In this document: in pieces, positions 51,757-61,549 of the stretch
How the letters are laid out: the number at the start of each line of letters is the position of its first letter
Numbering within the stretch: position 1 is the first letter of the stretch
From: a virus
IMG/VR virus record: IMGVR_UViG_3300023181_000029
Location: 14,595-78,594 of that record
Strand: one strand, 5' to 3'
DNA: 64,000 nucleotides
Made by a program: the position numbers and the translations under genes
The notes under the pieces: model-generated
What the model was told of the DNA's origin: nothing
Databases searched by the model: none
The model's input: only the letters and a program-made list of their open reading frames with translations

Positions 51757-52110
51757 TTATTGAGGTAAGGTTTCGTCTTTTGTAAAGTATTTATTTACGC
51801 CGCTATTAAGTAGATTGGCAATCTTGTTCTGATGCTCCACGTAACCTAGCAGGGCTTTTAGTATAGTCGCCTTTTGTTCTTCTATTTCGTGAGGTAGCGC
51901 CCATGAGGCATAAGCCATGCGCCAGTCGCTACCAAACATTGCTTCAAAATTATCAAGCCACTTATAGTTTGCTTTAGCTATGCGCCTACCATTCCGGGTT
52001 TCTGTTTTCTCTATTACATAGCTGCTTGCGGTTTCTTTCGCTTCTCGTTCTACTAATTCAAAGGTTATCCCGCTTTCTCTTATTGTGCCTATTACTCGTG
52101 TAAGTATCAT
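51757..52110 (-). CDS. Hypothetical protein
   Basis: Likely start MILTRV after an AACAAC leader; the ORF-track start lies inside the promoter. Confidence 0.5.
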   Translation of the reverse strand: MILTRVIGTIRESGITFELVEREAKETASSYVIEKTETRNGRRIAKANYKWLDNFEAMFGSDWRMAYASWALPHEIEEQKATILKALLGYVEHQNKIANLLNSGVNKYFTKDETLPQ

Positions 52111-52119
52111 GTTGTTGAT

Positions 52120-52230
52120 TTGTACAGCGAAGATAATTTGAATAATCGGAATGCGCAAGTGAAAAGAAAAATAAAATAATTATGTGGTCGGTATTGACAA
52201 TACAAAACAATGGGCTATCTTTGCTATTAA
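52120..52230. promoter_or_regulatory. Divergent Bacteroidota promoters
   Basis: TTG...TATCTTCG on the minus strand and TTG...TATCTTTG on the plus strand. Confidence 0.55.
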
Positions 52231-53386
52231 CAAAACGGAATTATAGATGCCAAAGTTATACGGTACCACATTGCAAGTTGCTTCTGAGTTTTTAAAAGGG
52301 GTAAGTAATGAGCCTAGAAAATTACCAAAAGGAATAAACGTTCATTCTTTGCGCCGGATTATTTCTGGTCATTATAGGAAACAGTATTCAGTGTATAGGC
52401 ACCCAAGCGGAACGTACTTTATTATTAAAAATACCTCACCCGAAAACAACGAAAAATAATGCACCCCGACAAAATAAACCAACCAAAATCACCGCCGTCA
52501 TTATATGATGAATATGCGGAAACAATCACTGCGTTACGCAAACTAATGACCGAAACACACCACCAAGCAGAACGTGGCGCTGGAATGATATTAACGCATA
52601 AACAACTTATAGAGTGGCGCGTTGCTACAGAGGATGTAATTATTCTCGGAGATACTATTTTACCTTTGCTTAAGGCTTATGACGAGAAAAATAACGCACT
52701 ATGAAAGTAGAAAAAATCATAGAAGTCGCTAGCAAGCTGTTCAATAAATATCAAGACGAAGGCCATGTTGTTTTGACAGAATGGGACAATAAAGAAGATA
52801 CTGATTTGTTTGGTATTTATAACCCTATTTATTGTGACGATGACCTATCTAAATTCCCGCCTGACTATGTGGTTTGCAAATCACATGACGGTGATACCTA
52901 TGGGTATATGATTGGCTATACGTCAGGTGGCGGCTATGACGAGCAGCCTATATTTGACTATCAAGATTATTGGAAAAACAAACACGATAAGCCATTTTTA
53001 AACCCATACTCTGCGATGGTAGCTTTGGTCGAGGTAGTTGTTCTGAACGATATTCTACTGTCTGCGCATATCGAAGAAGAAATCGCTGAATACGAAGAAG
53101 ACCACGGAATATGAAAGACCTAATCGAAATACTAATTGCCGCGATTGAGAAAGCGACATCATTAAAGGGATGGACGCTTACTGATACCACTGATGATAAC
53201 TATGTTTTTCATACCTCTGATGAATCATGGGATTATGAGTTTTTGGTCGGTGTTAGGAATTACTACTTTGTTGAAGCCTCAATGAAATACGGTGATGACG
53301 GCACTAATCACGGATGTAAATTCTTCACGGATTATTACGTGCAGCACCTCAAAGAAAACGGGATTTAACCACTAAATAAACACCAA

Positions 53387-53683
53387 ATGGAAAATTACAA
53401 AGGAATTAAGGGGCATTACGATAGCGTATTCGCATCAAAGCTAGATGCAATTCAAGATGATTGGCTGTCTCATGTGACCGCCAATGATACCGAAATAGCT
53501 ATGGTTTATGGCACAACAAAAGAGGAAGCCGAGGCTACTGCCCAATTGTTTTCAGCCAGCAAAGATATGGCAAAAATACTCATAGACATGATAAAGCGGG
53601 CAGACAACTTTAAAGATTCCGTTGGTGATAACATTTACAACAGCGCAAAGGAAGCGCTTGAAAAAGCAGGGATTGAGATTTAA
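53387..53683 (+). CDS. Phage protein (EA.A.L..A..DM...ALEKA family)
   Basis: Common phage motif; function unknown. Confidence 0.55.
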   Translation: MENYKGIKGHYDSVFASKLDAIQDDWLSHVTANDTEIAMVYGTTKEEAEATAQLFSASKDMAKILIDMIKRADNFKDSVGDNIYNSAKEALEKAGIEI

Positions 53684-53700
53684 CCACTAAGGAGATAGAG

Positions 53701-54195
53701 ATGGAAGAAATTTGGAAAGATGTAGTCGGGTATGAGGGACGGTATATGATTAGTAGCTTGGGGAATATCCGAAGCAATACTTCGCATGGTAAAGGAAGAC
53801 TGCTGTCCTTTAAAAACAAGTCTGTCTATTGCAAGGTGACATTTTATAAAGAAAAAATAAAGTCCCATATTTTAGTTCATCGTCTTGTCGCTATGCACTT
53901 TATTCCTAACCCCGATAATAAAGCTACTGTGAACCACATTTCAGGCGATAAAGCAGACAATCGTGTCATTAACTTAGAATGGTGTACACAGAAAGAAAAT
54001 ATAAAGCACTCATTCGAGGTTCTAAAAACAAACTACAGTAACAGGAAACAAAAGCCAGTGCTGCAATGTAGCACAAGTGGGGATACAATAAAAGAATGGA
54101 AGAACATAAAAGAGGTGGCAGAATACTATGGGGTGTGCTATTCAGCAGTAAACAATGCGGTTATTGGATATTCTGATAGATTTAGGGGCTTTTAA
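53701..54195 (+). CDS. NUMOD4-HNH-NUMOD1 homing endonuclease (C-terminal motif out of frame)
   Basis: IWKDVVGYEGRY.IS..G, VHRLVA, VNHI.GDK.DN...NLEWCT and KPVLQ...IKEW. Confidence 0.9.
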   Translation: MEEIWKDVVGYEGRYMISSLGNIRSNTSHGKGRLLSFKNKSVYCKVTFYKEKIKSHILVHRLVAMHFIPNPDNKATVNHISGDKADNRVINLEWCTQKENIKHSFEVLKTNYSNRKQKPVLQCSTSGDTIKEWKNIKEVAEYYGVCYSAVNNAVIGYSDRFRGF

Positions 54196-54219
54196 ATGGA
54201 AATATAAAACAGAAACCGT

Positions 54220-55095
54220 ATGACACGAGAAGAATATATAGCCCTAGACGCGATTAACTATAGCCTGCTTAAGCAGTACCTTAAAAGCCCGAAGCACTTT
54301 AAGGCTGCATGGGATAATCGCAAGGACGACAATAAGGAAACGGAAGCTAGGATTATAGGCAAAGCAATACACAAACTTGCTTTGGAGCCTGCTAGTTTTA
54401 AGGATGAATATGCCTATCTTGATGCAGACAAGCGCCCTGAGTTAGATAAGGATTTTAGGAACGCAAAGAACCGCGACTGGCGTAAAGAACAATTATCTTT
54501 AATGGACGGTAAAAGCGTGTTGGATAAAGAGGATTGGAGCACCGTGGTATCAATGGGCGGCTCAATAGCTGATTGCGATGCTGCTATGAGATTATTAAGC
54601 GGCTGCAAAACAGAAGCTATAATACAATGGACTGACGCGCAAACAGGGATTAAGTTAAAAGCAATAGTGGACTTCTATAATGACCAGCGCCAATTTCCTA
54701 TACACGGCGACCTTAAATCGTTAGAAGACGGTAGCCCTAGCGGAGTTAGCGGATTTATAAGCAAGTGGCAAACATACTTACAATTAGCTATGTATGGTGA
54801 GGGATTGCAAGCGGTTACAGGCAAGCCATTTGATAATCCATTTATTATTACTTGCGAGAAGTCAGAACCATACATATGCCAACCATACTTTCTTGACCAA
54901 GCAAGTTACAATTTAGGCAAGCAGGTTTTTAGGTCGCTATTAAACCTACACAAGCAATGCTTAGAGAAGAAAGAATGGAAGGGCTACGACGTTACGGTTA
55001 AACCAGAGGATGTGCATAGCGGTGTTTTGGTAGCACATTTGCCGGACTATGTTTTTAACAAAATAGAAAACAGTTTTTTACTACAAAACAATTAA
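54220..55095 (+). CDS. RecE/exonuclease VIII-like PD-(D/E)XK exonuclease
   Basis: INYSLLK..LKSP.HF, IGKAIH...LEP, LKAIVD, DLKS and Y.LQLAMY; adjacent to recT. Confidence 0.85.
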   Translation: MTREEYIALDAINYSLLKQYLKSPKHFKAAWDNRKDDNKETEARIIGKAIHKLALEPASFKDEYAYLDADKRPELDKDFRNAKNRDWRKEQLSLMDGKSVLDKEDWSTVVSMGGSIADCDAAMRLLSGCKTEAIIQWTDAQTGIKLKAIVDFYNDQRQFPIHGDLKSLEDGSPSGVSGFISKWQTYLQLAMYGEGLQAVTGKPFDNPFIITCEKSEPYICQPYFLDQASYNLGKQVFRSLLNLHKQCLEKKEWKGYDVTVKPEDVHSGVLVAHLPDYVFNKIENSFLLQNN

Positions 55096-55098
55096 GAC

Positions 55099-55881
55099 AT
55101 GAAAGAGATTAAGCAGTTTTTTGAACAAGATAATGTTAAAGCAAAGTTTGTAGAGCTGCTTGGCAAAAGAGCGCCACAGTTCATAACCTCTGTGCTACAG
55201 ATAACAGCCAGCAATTCGTTATTAGCCAATGCAGACCCAATGAGCGTGTATAATGCAGCGGCAACAGCAGCTACACTGGATTTACCTATAAATAATAACC
55301 TAGGGTTCGCGTACATAGTACCATACAATCAAAAGCAGCCTGACGGCTCATATAAGCAAGTAGCTCAGTGTCAAATTTCATACCGTGGGTTCACGCAATT
55401 AGCGCTCCGTAGCGGGCAGTTTCAGACAATATCAGCCTCTCCTATCTATGAAGGGCAGTTGGCATCTAGCAACCCACTTTTAGGCTATGTTTTTGACTTT
55501 GAAAAGAAGACATCTGACAAGATAATAGGGTTTGCTGCTTATTTCCGCCTGCTTAATGGGTTTGAGAAGACTTTTTACATGACTACAGAGCAACTAAAGG
55601 CTCATGGGCTAAAGTACAGCCAAACGTACAAGAAGAAGTACGGGCTTTGGGAAACTGACTTTGATGCGATGGCGCTCAAAACCGTGATAAAATTACTGCT
55701 ATCTAAGTTTGCGCCTTTGTCAATCGAAATGCAAAAAGCCGTACTTGCTGACCAAGGAATCATAACGGCGCTAGAAACAGCCGAAGAACCAATGCAGGTT
55801 GAATATATCGACAACGACCCTGATGCTGAGAAGAAAGAGCAAGCGGATAAAATCCAGAACGTAATGTCAGAAGGCAAATAA
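55099..55881 (+). CDS. recT: RecT single-strand annealing recombinase
   Basis: LDLPINNNLGFAYIVPY, QISYRGF.QLALRSGQ and W..DFDAMALKTV...LL.K.APLSIE. Confidence 0.93.
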   Translation: MKEIKQFFEQDNVKAKFVELLGKRAPQFITSVLQITASNSLLANADPMSVYNAAATAATLDLPINNNLGFAYIVPYNQKQPDGSYKQVAQCQISYRGFTQLALRSGQFQTISASPIYEGQLASSNPLLGYVFDFEKKTSDKIIGFAAYFRLLNGFEKTFYMTTEQLKAHGLKYSQTYKKKYGLWETDFDAMALKTVIKLLLSKFAPLSIEMQKAVLADQGIITALETAEEPMQVEYIDNDPDAEKKEQADKIQNVMSEGK

Positions 55882-56314
55882 CCTACATAACGCAAAACCT
55901 TGAACGATGAGATACTTAATGTGGATACCAGTAGTAGGCGTTATAGCGTGGGTATATATAGCGATGCAATCAGAAGACTACCAGATTTCTATCACTGAGT
56001 TTACTTTGTGTGGGGTATGGTTTCTTGTTCAGTTCTTCTTTTTTATATGGCTAATATGAAAATCCTACAAGCCAGCGATGCTGATTTAATCGAACTTGCG
56101 ATGCTATTAGTCCCGCATTCAAAGGGGTTCAGTATTATTCGTGAAGAAGCCTATAATACTTATAGGTTTTATTGTGATAGCAACTATCCTGATTTGCGTT
56201 TAGTAATAATGGCTAACAAAGAAACGGGTGAAATTACAATATCGGGCGCGCCAGTTCCGCTTTTGGCAGTCGGTAAATTTTTAAGAGCAAAATCACTAAT
56301 CTAAAACAAACAAT

Positions 56315-56707
56315 ATGAGCATACTAGGAATGATTAACGCATTATTTGGCGGCATTAAAGCAAAAGAGAAAGAACCTCAATTACAAAAAGACCCAAGACG
56401 TAATATTAAGCCTGAGCAGTCGCTTAGTCGCTCAAATAACCTGCCTTACAAGCCGCAGTTTAATAATCGTAGTTACGACGCGTTCAGCGACCCATTAAAT
56501 CCGTTAAGTCCATTTTATATCGGGCATAGTAGCCACGATTCCAGTAACAACCATACGTCATCAACCGATAGCGATTCGTTCTCAGGATTCGGCGGAGGTT
56601 CTTTCAGCGGTGGCGGTGGTGGTGGAAGTTGGGATTCCGGTTCATCCGATAGCAGCAGTAGTTATGATAGCGGTTCTTCTGATTCGGGTTCATCTTCATG
56701 CGACTAA
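56315..56707 (+). CDS. Protein with Ser/Gly/Asp low-complexity tail
   Basis: FSGFGGGSFSGGGGGGSW followed by DSGSSD repeats and a terminal CD. Confidence 0.65.
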   Translation: MSILGMINALFGGIKAKEKEPQLQKDPRRNIKPEQSLSRSNNLPYKPQFNNRSYDAFSDPLNPLSPFYIGHSSHDSSNNHTSSTDSDSFSGFGGGSFSGGGGGGSWDSGSSDSSSSYDSGSSDSGSSSCD

Positions 56708-57483
56708 TATGAAAAAGAGACCACTAAGCCCACTACAGCAAAAAAATCAAGACCGTATCGACAACTTCAAGAAGGTGACGCAGCCGATAATTGATAAGAC
56801 GCTAAATGACACGCTCAAATTAGCTTACAAGGGCGGCGAGCAAATCCCTATATTCACGATAAAAGGTATTGATAAGGTTTTTCACAGCGAAGAAGAAGCC
56901 AATAAGCATATTCTTGACCTAGGCGGCGGCAAGGTTACTCTGATTGACGGCGATACTGAAAGAAAGTATAGGATTATTCCGGAGCCACAACTATCAGAAT
57001 CAGCAGTTCACGCTATTATTACGATTATCCGCAACAGAATAGACGGAGCATTATCAGCAGCGGATGTAGATGAAGCGCTTACTGACTTAGATGTGATGTA
57101 TAGGTTGACAGGTAATGAGTTATTTAACCAAGCCTTGATTGAGGCGCAAAATGATATAACAGCATGAATTTTCACGACTTCCACATAGGCCAACAAGTAG
57201 TGTCGCTATCTAATTTTGATGCAGTTAAGAAACTATACCCTGATATTAAGTATCCTAATATCAACATCACATATACAGTGCGTACTATTAGCGATAGACC
57301 GGAGCAACAATGGAGAGGCATAACGCTAGTGGAGCTCATTAACTATGATTTGTGGACACATGGCGATGATACACATTACGAAGAGGTGCATTTTTACGCC
57401 GGTAATTTTGCGCCACTTGACGAAATGCATTCCGCTGAACAAGCAGTCGCCGAATTAATTGAATCACTTGAAATGGTAGAGAT

Positions 57484-57912
57484 ATGACAATCGAAGAAGG
57501 AAATGTGCTAATAGCAAAATTCCTAGGGTGGGAATACGTTGGCTACGGGACTAAACTTCATCGGGAGTTAGGTAAGGCTGGATGGTACACCTATATAGTG
57601 AGAGATACCGATGGAAGGGTTCTTACTGGTTATCCATTTTGCAGAACACATAAGCAATTAAGGTTCTGTAATTCATGGAACGCTATAATGTCAGTTGTAG
57701 ACAAAATAGAATCCCTAACATCTGAGAGCGGTGGTAAGTATCTCATTATAATCGGCGGTCACAACCAATGTCAAATCATCGACCAACATTTCAGAAGCGA
57801 CGAAACGCCGTACTATTACTTCAATGATGCTACCGAGAGCACTAAATTACTGGCGGTTTATGTTGCTGCGGTGAATTTTATTCAATGGTATAATCAAAAA
57901 GAGAAGAAATGA
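57484..57912 (+). CDS. Conserved-looking phage protein
   Basis: N.LIA.F.G, F..SW...M.VVDKIE and V.FI.WYN motifs. Confidence 0.6.
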   Translation: MTIEEGNVLIAKFLGWEYVGYGTKLHRELGKAGWYTYIVRDTDGRVLTGYPFCRTHKQLRFCNSWNAIMSVVDKIESLTSESGGKYLIIIGGHNQCQIIDQHFRSDETPYYYFNDATESTKLLAVYVAAVNFIQWYNQKEKK

Positions 57913-58301
57913 AAGCATTAATATTACTCCTTCTGCCACTATCAATGACGGGTCAGACATTTGAAGATTGCCAAGGAAAGGGCTGTCCGGGATGGTATGA
58001 ATATATTGAGCAATGGTATGACTTACGAGGGAATTGCCATACCGATACAACTTGGGCAGATGATTTTGACAGATACCATGAAGAACAATGCGCATTATAT
58101 GGGCATACGTTTCCAGCGATAATGGTATTAAACGGTCAAGATGTTTTACAGCCATCGAGTTATTCAATATCTGTAGCAGATAGTTCAGGTGGGGTATGGG
58201 TTGAGAGAATATATTATTGCATGCGTTGCTTCGGTAGATTTACTCAAAAGTATTATCAACGCCCTACTGTATATAGTTCTTTAATAAAAACATCCAAATG
58301 A
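57909..58301 (+). CDS. Secreted Cys/His (Zn-ribbon-like) protein
   Basis: Signal MKALILLLLPLSMTG/Q; C...GH, ADSSG and CMRC. Confidence 0.65.
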   Translation: MKALILLLLPLSMTGQTFEDCQGKGCPGWYEYIEQWYDLRGNCHTDTTWADDFDRYHEEQCALYGHTFPAIMVLNGQDVLQPSSYSISVADSSGGVWVERIYYCMRCFGRFTQKYYQRPTVYSSLIKTSK

Positions 58302-58705
58302 AACTGTTAATACTATTTCTTTTACCGCTGCCAGTGATGGGGCAAATATTGTCCGAGAAATTGGAAATGATACAGAAAACAGAAGCCGATTTTAAACGCT
58401 TTTCGGATAGCCTAGATAGGGTGACAGATAGCTTGTGTTATCACAGAGGGCACATTCCCGTTGCATATGAAGCGCATGTTTGGCATCCTATAACTGATTA
58501 CACAGGGTTTAAAGATGATAGCCAATTTCATTGGGTCAGGCAATGGCAATATTTCGATGAAGCGGACAGTAGCGGATATATTTACACAGAACAAGGCTTT
58601 ACAGAAATAAGATGCATACGGTGCCATGAATTACTTAATACCGAACCTGTAGAGATATATAAGACTGTAACTACATGGCGCAGGAAAATAAATAACCCAT
58701 ACTGA
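58298..58705 (+). CDS. Secreted Cys/His (Zn-ribbon-like) protein, paralog
   Basis: Signal MKLLILFLLPLPVMG/Q; C...GH, ADSSG and CIRC. Confidence 0.65.
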   Translation: MKLLILFLLPLPVMGQILSEKLEMIQKTEADFKRFSDSLDRVTDSLCYHRGHIPVAYEAHVWHPITDYTGFKDDSQFHWVRQWQYFDEADSSGYIYTEQGFTEIRCIRCHELLNTEPVEIYKTVTTWRRKINNPY

Positions 58706-58845
58706 TGAAGCAATTCCTAAAGCGCCTATTTTGCGACCATACGTTCACAATTCACAGCATAAGTAGTATTAATGGCTTCAAGAAAGTTACAGCCTACAAA
58801 TGCGTTAAATGCGGTAAAATAAGCACTCAGGGATATGGGATATGA
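58705..58845 (+). CDS. Small Zn-ribbon protein (46 aa, not in ORF track)
   Basis: MKQFLKRLFCDH...KCVKCGK. Confidence 0.55.
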   Translation: MKQFLKRLFCDHTFTIHSISSINGFKKVTAYKCVKCGKISTQGYGI

Positions 58846-59218
58846 ATCAGGATGGCGCGCTATACCGAAGCCGGAAAAGCAGCCGAAGAAACAATCGAAA
58901 GGATTAATTAAAAAGCCCAAATCCGCCACGGGCGAAAAGGCTTTATTTGATAAACTATACAAAGAAAGTAATAAGCGGTGCCAGATAACCGATAAACCGC
59001 TATTGCCGCCTGAACATGACCTATATATTAGACAATTTTCCCATTGCCTCACAAAAGCTGCTTATCCAAGTTATCGCTTAGAGCCTAGTAATATTGTGCT
59101 TATGCTGCCAGAATGCCACTATGATTGGGAGTTTAATCGTCACAAGATTAAAGGCGACCCGAAATGGCAATGGCACTTTGAACTTGAGGAAGAATTAAAA
59201 GAGCAATATCATAAATGA
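58835..59218 (+). CDS. HNH-like nuclease
   Basis: RCQIT, FSHCL.K..YP..R....NIVL...ECH. Confidence 0.65.
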   Translation: MGYESGWRAIPKPEKQPKKQSKGLIKKPKSATGEKALFDKLYKESNKRCQITDKPLLPPEHDLYIRQFSHCLTKAAYPSYRLEPSNIVLMLPECHYDWEFNRHKIKGDPKWQWHFELEEELKEQYHK

Positions 59219-59427
59219 AAAATACCCCACCAAAGCAGGGTATTAGTACATTGCCGCCAATGCGCCATGAATAATTTACGGGGCTACGCTCTACGTAGGG
59301 GTTAAATCAGCAACGCACTCCACTATACAGATGAATACAAGTCCACTTCAAGGAGCATCTGTGCTAGTTTATTGAACGGCTCGCAGAAATGTCTTCCTGT
59401 TCACTCACTCCCCAACCTTGAAGTCTT

Positions 59428-59763
59428 TTACGCCTTTAGTCCGCTAACGAACTCTATGATTTTATTTTTGCCGTATTCCTTGGCTAAGTCTATTAGTTTG
59501 TTTGCGAACTCATCTACGTTGGTGCTGTCGAGCCATTTATTGTGTTCATCTACAACCTTATTGAAGGTATCGATATTTACGGGGTGGTACATTCCAAGCA
59601 AGACTACTCTGTTTCTCCTGGGGGATGTAACGCGATGTTTCTTGCCAGTAACAATCGTAGCTACACGGGCTGTAATGTAAGCACCAGCTTTTTTAAGGGC
59701 TTTTTGCAATTGCTCCTCAGTGCTGTCAAGGCTAATATGCGTTGATTTTTCGAATATCTTCAT
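59428..59763 (-). CDS. Hypothetical protein
   Basis: Last gene of the minus-strand cassette. Confidence 0.5.
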   Translation of the reverse strand: MKIFEKSTHISLDSTEEQLQKALKKAGAYITARVATIVTGKKHRVTSPRRNRVVLLGMYHPVNIDTFNKVVDEHNKWLDSTNVDEFANKLIDLAKEYGKNKIIEFVSGLKA

Positions 59764-59779
59764 ATTTATTGGTTGTTGT

Positions 59780-60148
59780 TTAGTAGGTGAATATCTGCCA
59801 GTCGTTAGCTAATAGGTCAGTCTGTGACGCAAGCCATCCGTTAACTATAGTTCCGTCAGCAGCCTTCATACAGATGTATTCAGTGAATTTGATTTTAGTT
59901 AGTCCCTGTTCAGAACCAGCCTCTTTTGCATCCTGTGCAGCGTAGTAATCCTTTAGGCTTTTAGGCAAAGATTTTACCTTCTCAATAATAAATCCTACTT
60001 CAAGTTCGTCAGCAGGCCTTGTAAATAGAAACATGCCTTTGCCGTTCCATCCTACTCGGGTTACAAGTTCGCCATCCTTTAGTAGCTGTAGGGCGGCACT
60101 AAACGATAAATTTTCTTTTGTTCTTAGCACTGGTGTTGTGTTATCCAT
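59780..60148 (-). CDS. tad2: DUF2829 / Tad2-like anti-defence sponge protein
   Basis: F..AL..LK.G..V.R.GWNGKGMF and GWLASQTD.LA.DW signatures. Confidence 0.8.
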   Translation of the reverse strand: MDNTTPVLRTKENLSFSAALQLLKDGELVTRVGWNGKGMFLFTRPADELEVGFIIEKVKSLPKSLKDYYAAQDAKEAGSEQGLTKIKFTEYICMKAADGTIVNGWLASQTDLLANDWQIFTY

Positions 60149-60354
60149 AATGGTTGTTGTTTAGTCTGTAAACTTAGACATTTTCTTGAATGTAAATCGG
60201 AACCCGTCATTATCGGTGTATGTGGTGTCGCCGTTATCGTTCTTAGGAAATGGCTTTGGTTTTGGCACAAAGCCAATATGTGCGCCACACCAAGTAGCTA
60301 GTCCGTTGTAGATATGGAACCAGTTGTCGCCTACTCTGTGGCATAGCGCTTCCA

Positions 60355-60606
60355 TCAATCTTGAAAATCTTCACGGTTACGGTCGGCAACCTTCATCGCT
60401 TCTTTAACTACGCTTACAGTTAAAAGCATATCGCCACCATTAGGGCATTTAACGTATAGGCGCTCTTTGTCGCTTTCGCCGAAGACAAAAGTCTTATTGT
60501 GTACCCATCGCGGAATAGCTGGTGTTTGATGCTGCTGTGCTTTACAAAGCGCGTACATAATAACAGCTCCGACTAAAATCCCGATTCCAAGAAATGCTAT
60601 AGTCAT
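60355..60606 (-). CDS. Small protein with N-terminal TM segment
   Basis: First gene after the minus-strand TATCTTTG promoter. Confidence 0.5.
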   Translation of the reverse strand: MTIAFLGIGILVGAVIMYALCKAQQHQTPAIPRWVHNKTFVFGESDKERLYVKCPNGGDMLLTVSVVKEAMKVADRNREDFQD

Positions 60607-60619
60607 AAATAGTGATTTT

Positions 60620-60687
60620 ATACTCCAAAGATAGAAAAATATTTGAAGGATGGAAATTTGTACGACAAAATGTTTTAGATTTGAGGT
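60620..60687. promoter_or_regulatory. Divergent promoters with TTTGT-N3-ACAAA operator
   Basis: TATCTTTG (-), ATTTGTACGACAAAA at 60656-60670, TAGATTTG (+) at 60676-60683. Confidence 0.6.
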
Positions 60688-60925
60688 ATGGAAGGATTAA
60701 TTATTGCATTAACAGTAATAGGAGGCTTCGCTTGTGGATACGCATTTTATCATGTATGGGAACTGTTGCAATGAAACCAGCATGCATCAACTGCTTCTGG
60801 TTTTCAAAAAACACTGTTTGCTATATAGCTGACAAATTAGTCGAGCCTACTATGAGTTGCTTAGACTTTTCTAAGGCTGGGTTGTCGGTTATAAAAGAAC
60901 GTGAAGAACAATTAAAGGATAAGAA

Positions 60926-61549
60926 ATGAATAAGGTATTTTTCGATACAGAGTTTATTGAAGGCTCAATATCCAAGAAAGGAGTAATCGGTTATGTACAG
61001 CGATTCCTACACCGGAGGGGCATAATTAAGTTGCCGTGGTCTATACAATTAGTAAGTATAGGGCTGGTGTTTGAACACGGGAAAGGCATTTATCTCCTTA
61101 ATAAGGACTTTAACCCGCATGATGCCGACCAATGGGTAAGGGATAATGTATTGGCTAAATTGCCGCCTCGCAAAACACCACACAGGGGATTTCCGCACAT
61201 TGAACTTGATACCCCTGAGTGGAAATCGTTATCTGAAATAAGGGACATCCTAATTTACGAACTTGACGGGACAGATAATGAATTTTGGACTTATTATGCC
61301 GCCTATGATTGGGTTGTATTTTGTTCCATATTCGGCAGAATGATTGACTTACCCAAAGGCTATCCGATGTTCTGTATGGATTTGAAGCAATTAATGGAGT
61401 CGAAAGGATTAACAAAGGAATGGAAGCAAGCAGTTTGCCCTGACCCTGTTGGTGAGCACGACGCCTTAGTTGATGCTAAATGGAATAAAAAACTATACGA
61501 TATTATCGCCGAGAGAGAAGCTGCTTTAAATACAAATTCGGCAAAATAA
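60926..61549 (+). CDS. DEDDh 3'-5' exoribonuclease (Rv2179c/RNase AS-like)
   Basis: FFDTEFIE, LVSIGLV, WV.DNV, YYAAYDWV, DLKQ and HDALVDA.W. Confidence 0.88.
   Translation: MNKVFFDTEFIEGSISKKGVIGYVQRFLHRRGIIKLPWSIQLVSIGLVFEHGKGIYLLNKDFNPHDADQWVRDNVLAKLPPRKTPHRGFPHIELDTPEWKSLSEIRDILIYELDGTDNEFWTYYAAYDWVVFCSIFGRMIDLPKGYPMFCMDLKQLMESKGLTKEWKQAVCPDPVGEHDALVDAKWNKKLYDIIAEREAALNTNSAK

Noticed and set aside
56610-56708. N-terminal hydrophobic extension of ORF 56610..57167
   Set aside because: An alternative-frame reading of the Ser/Gly tail of the preceding gene; the real start is probably ATG 56709.
60612-60929. 105-aa ORF as listed
   Set aside because: Its 5' part spans the divergent promoter. 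More likely two short genes, starting at 60688 (MEGLII...) and about 60771 (MKPAC...).
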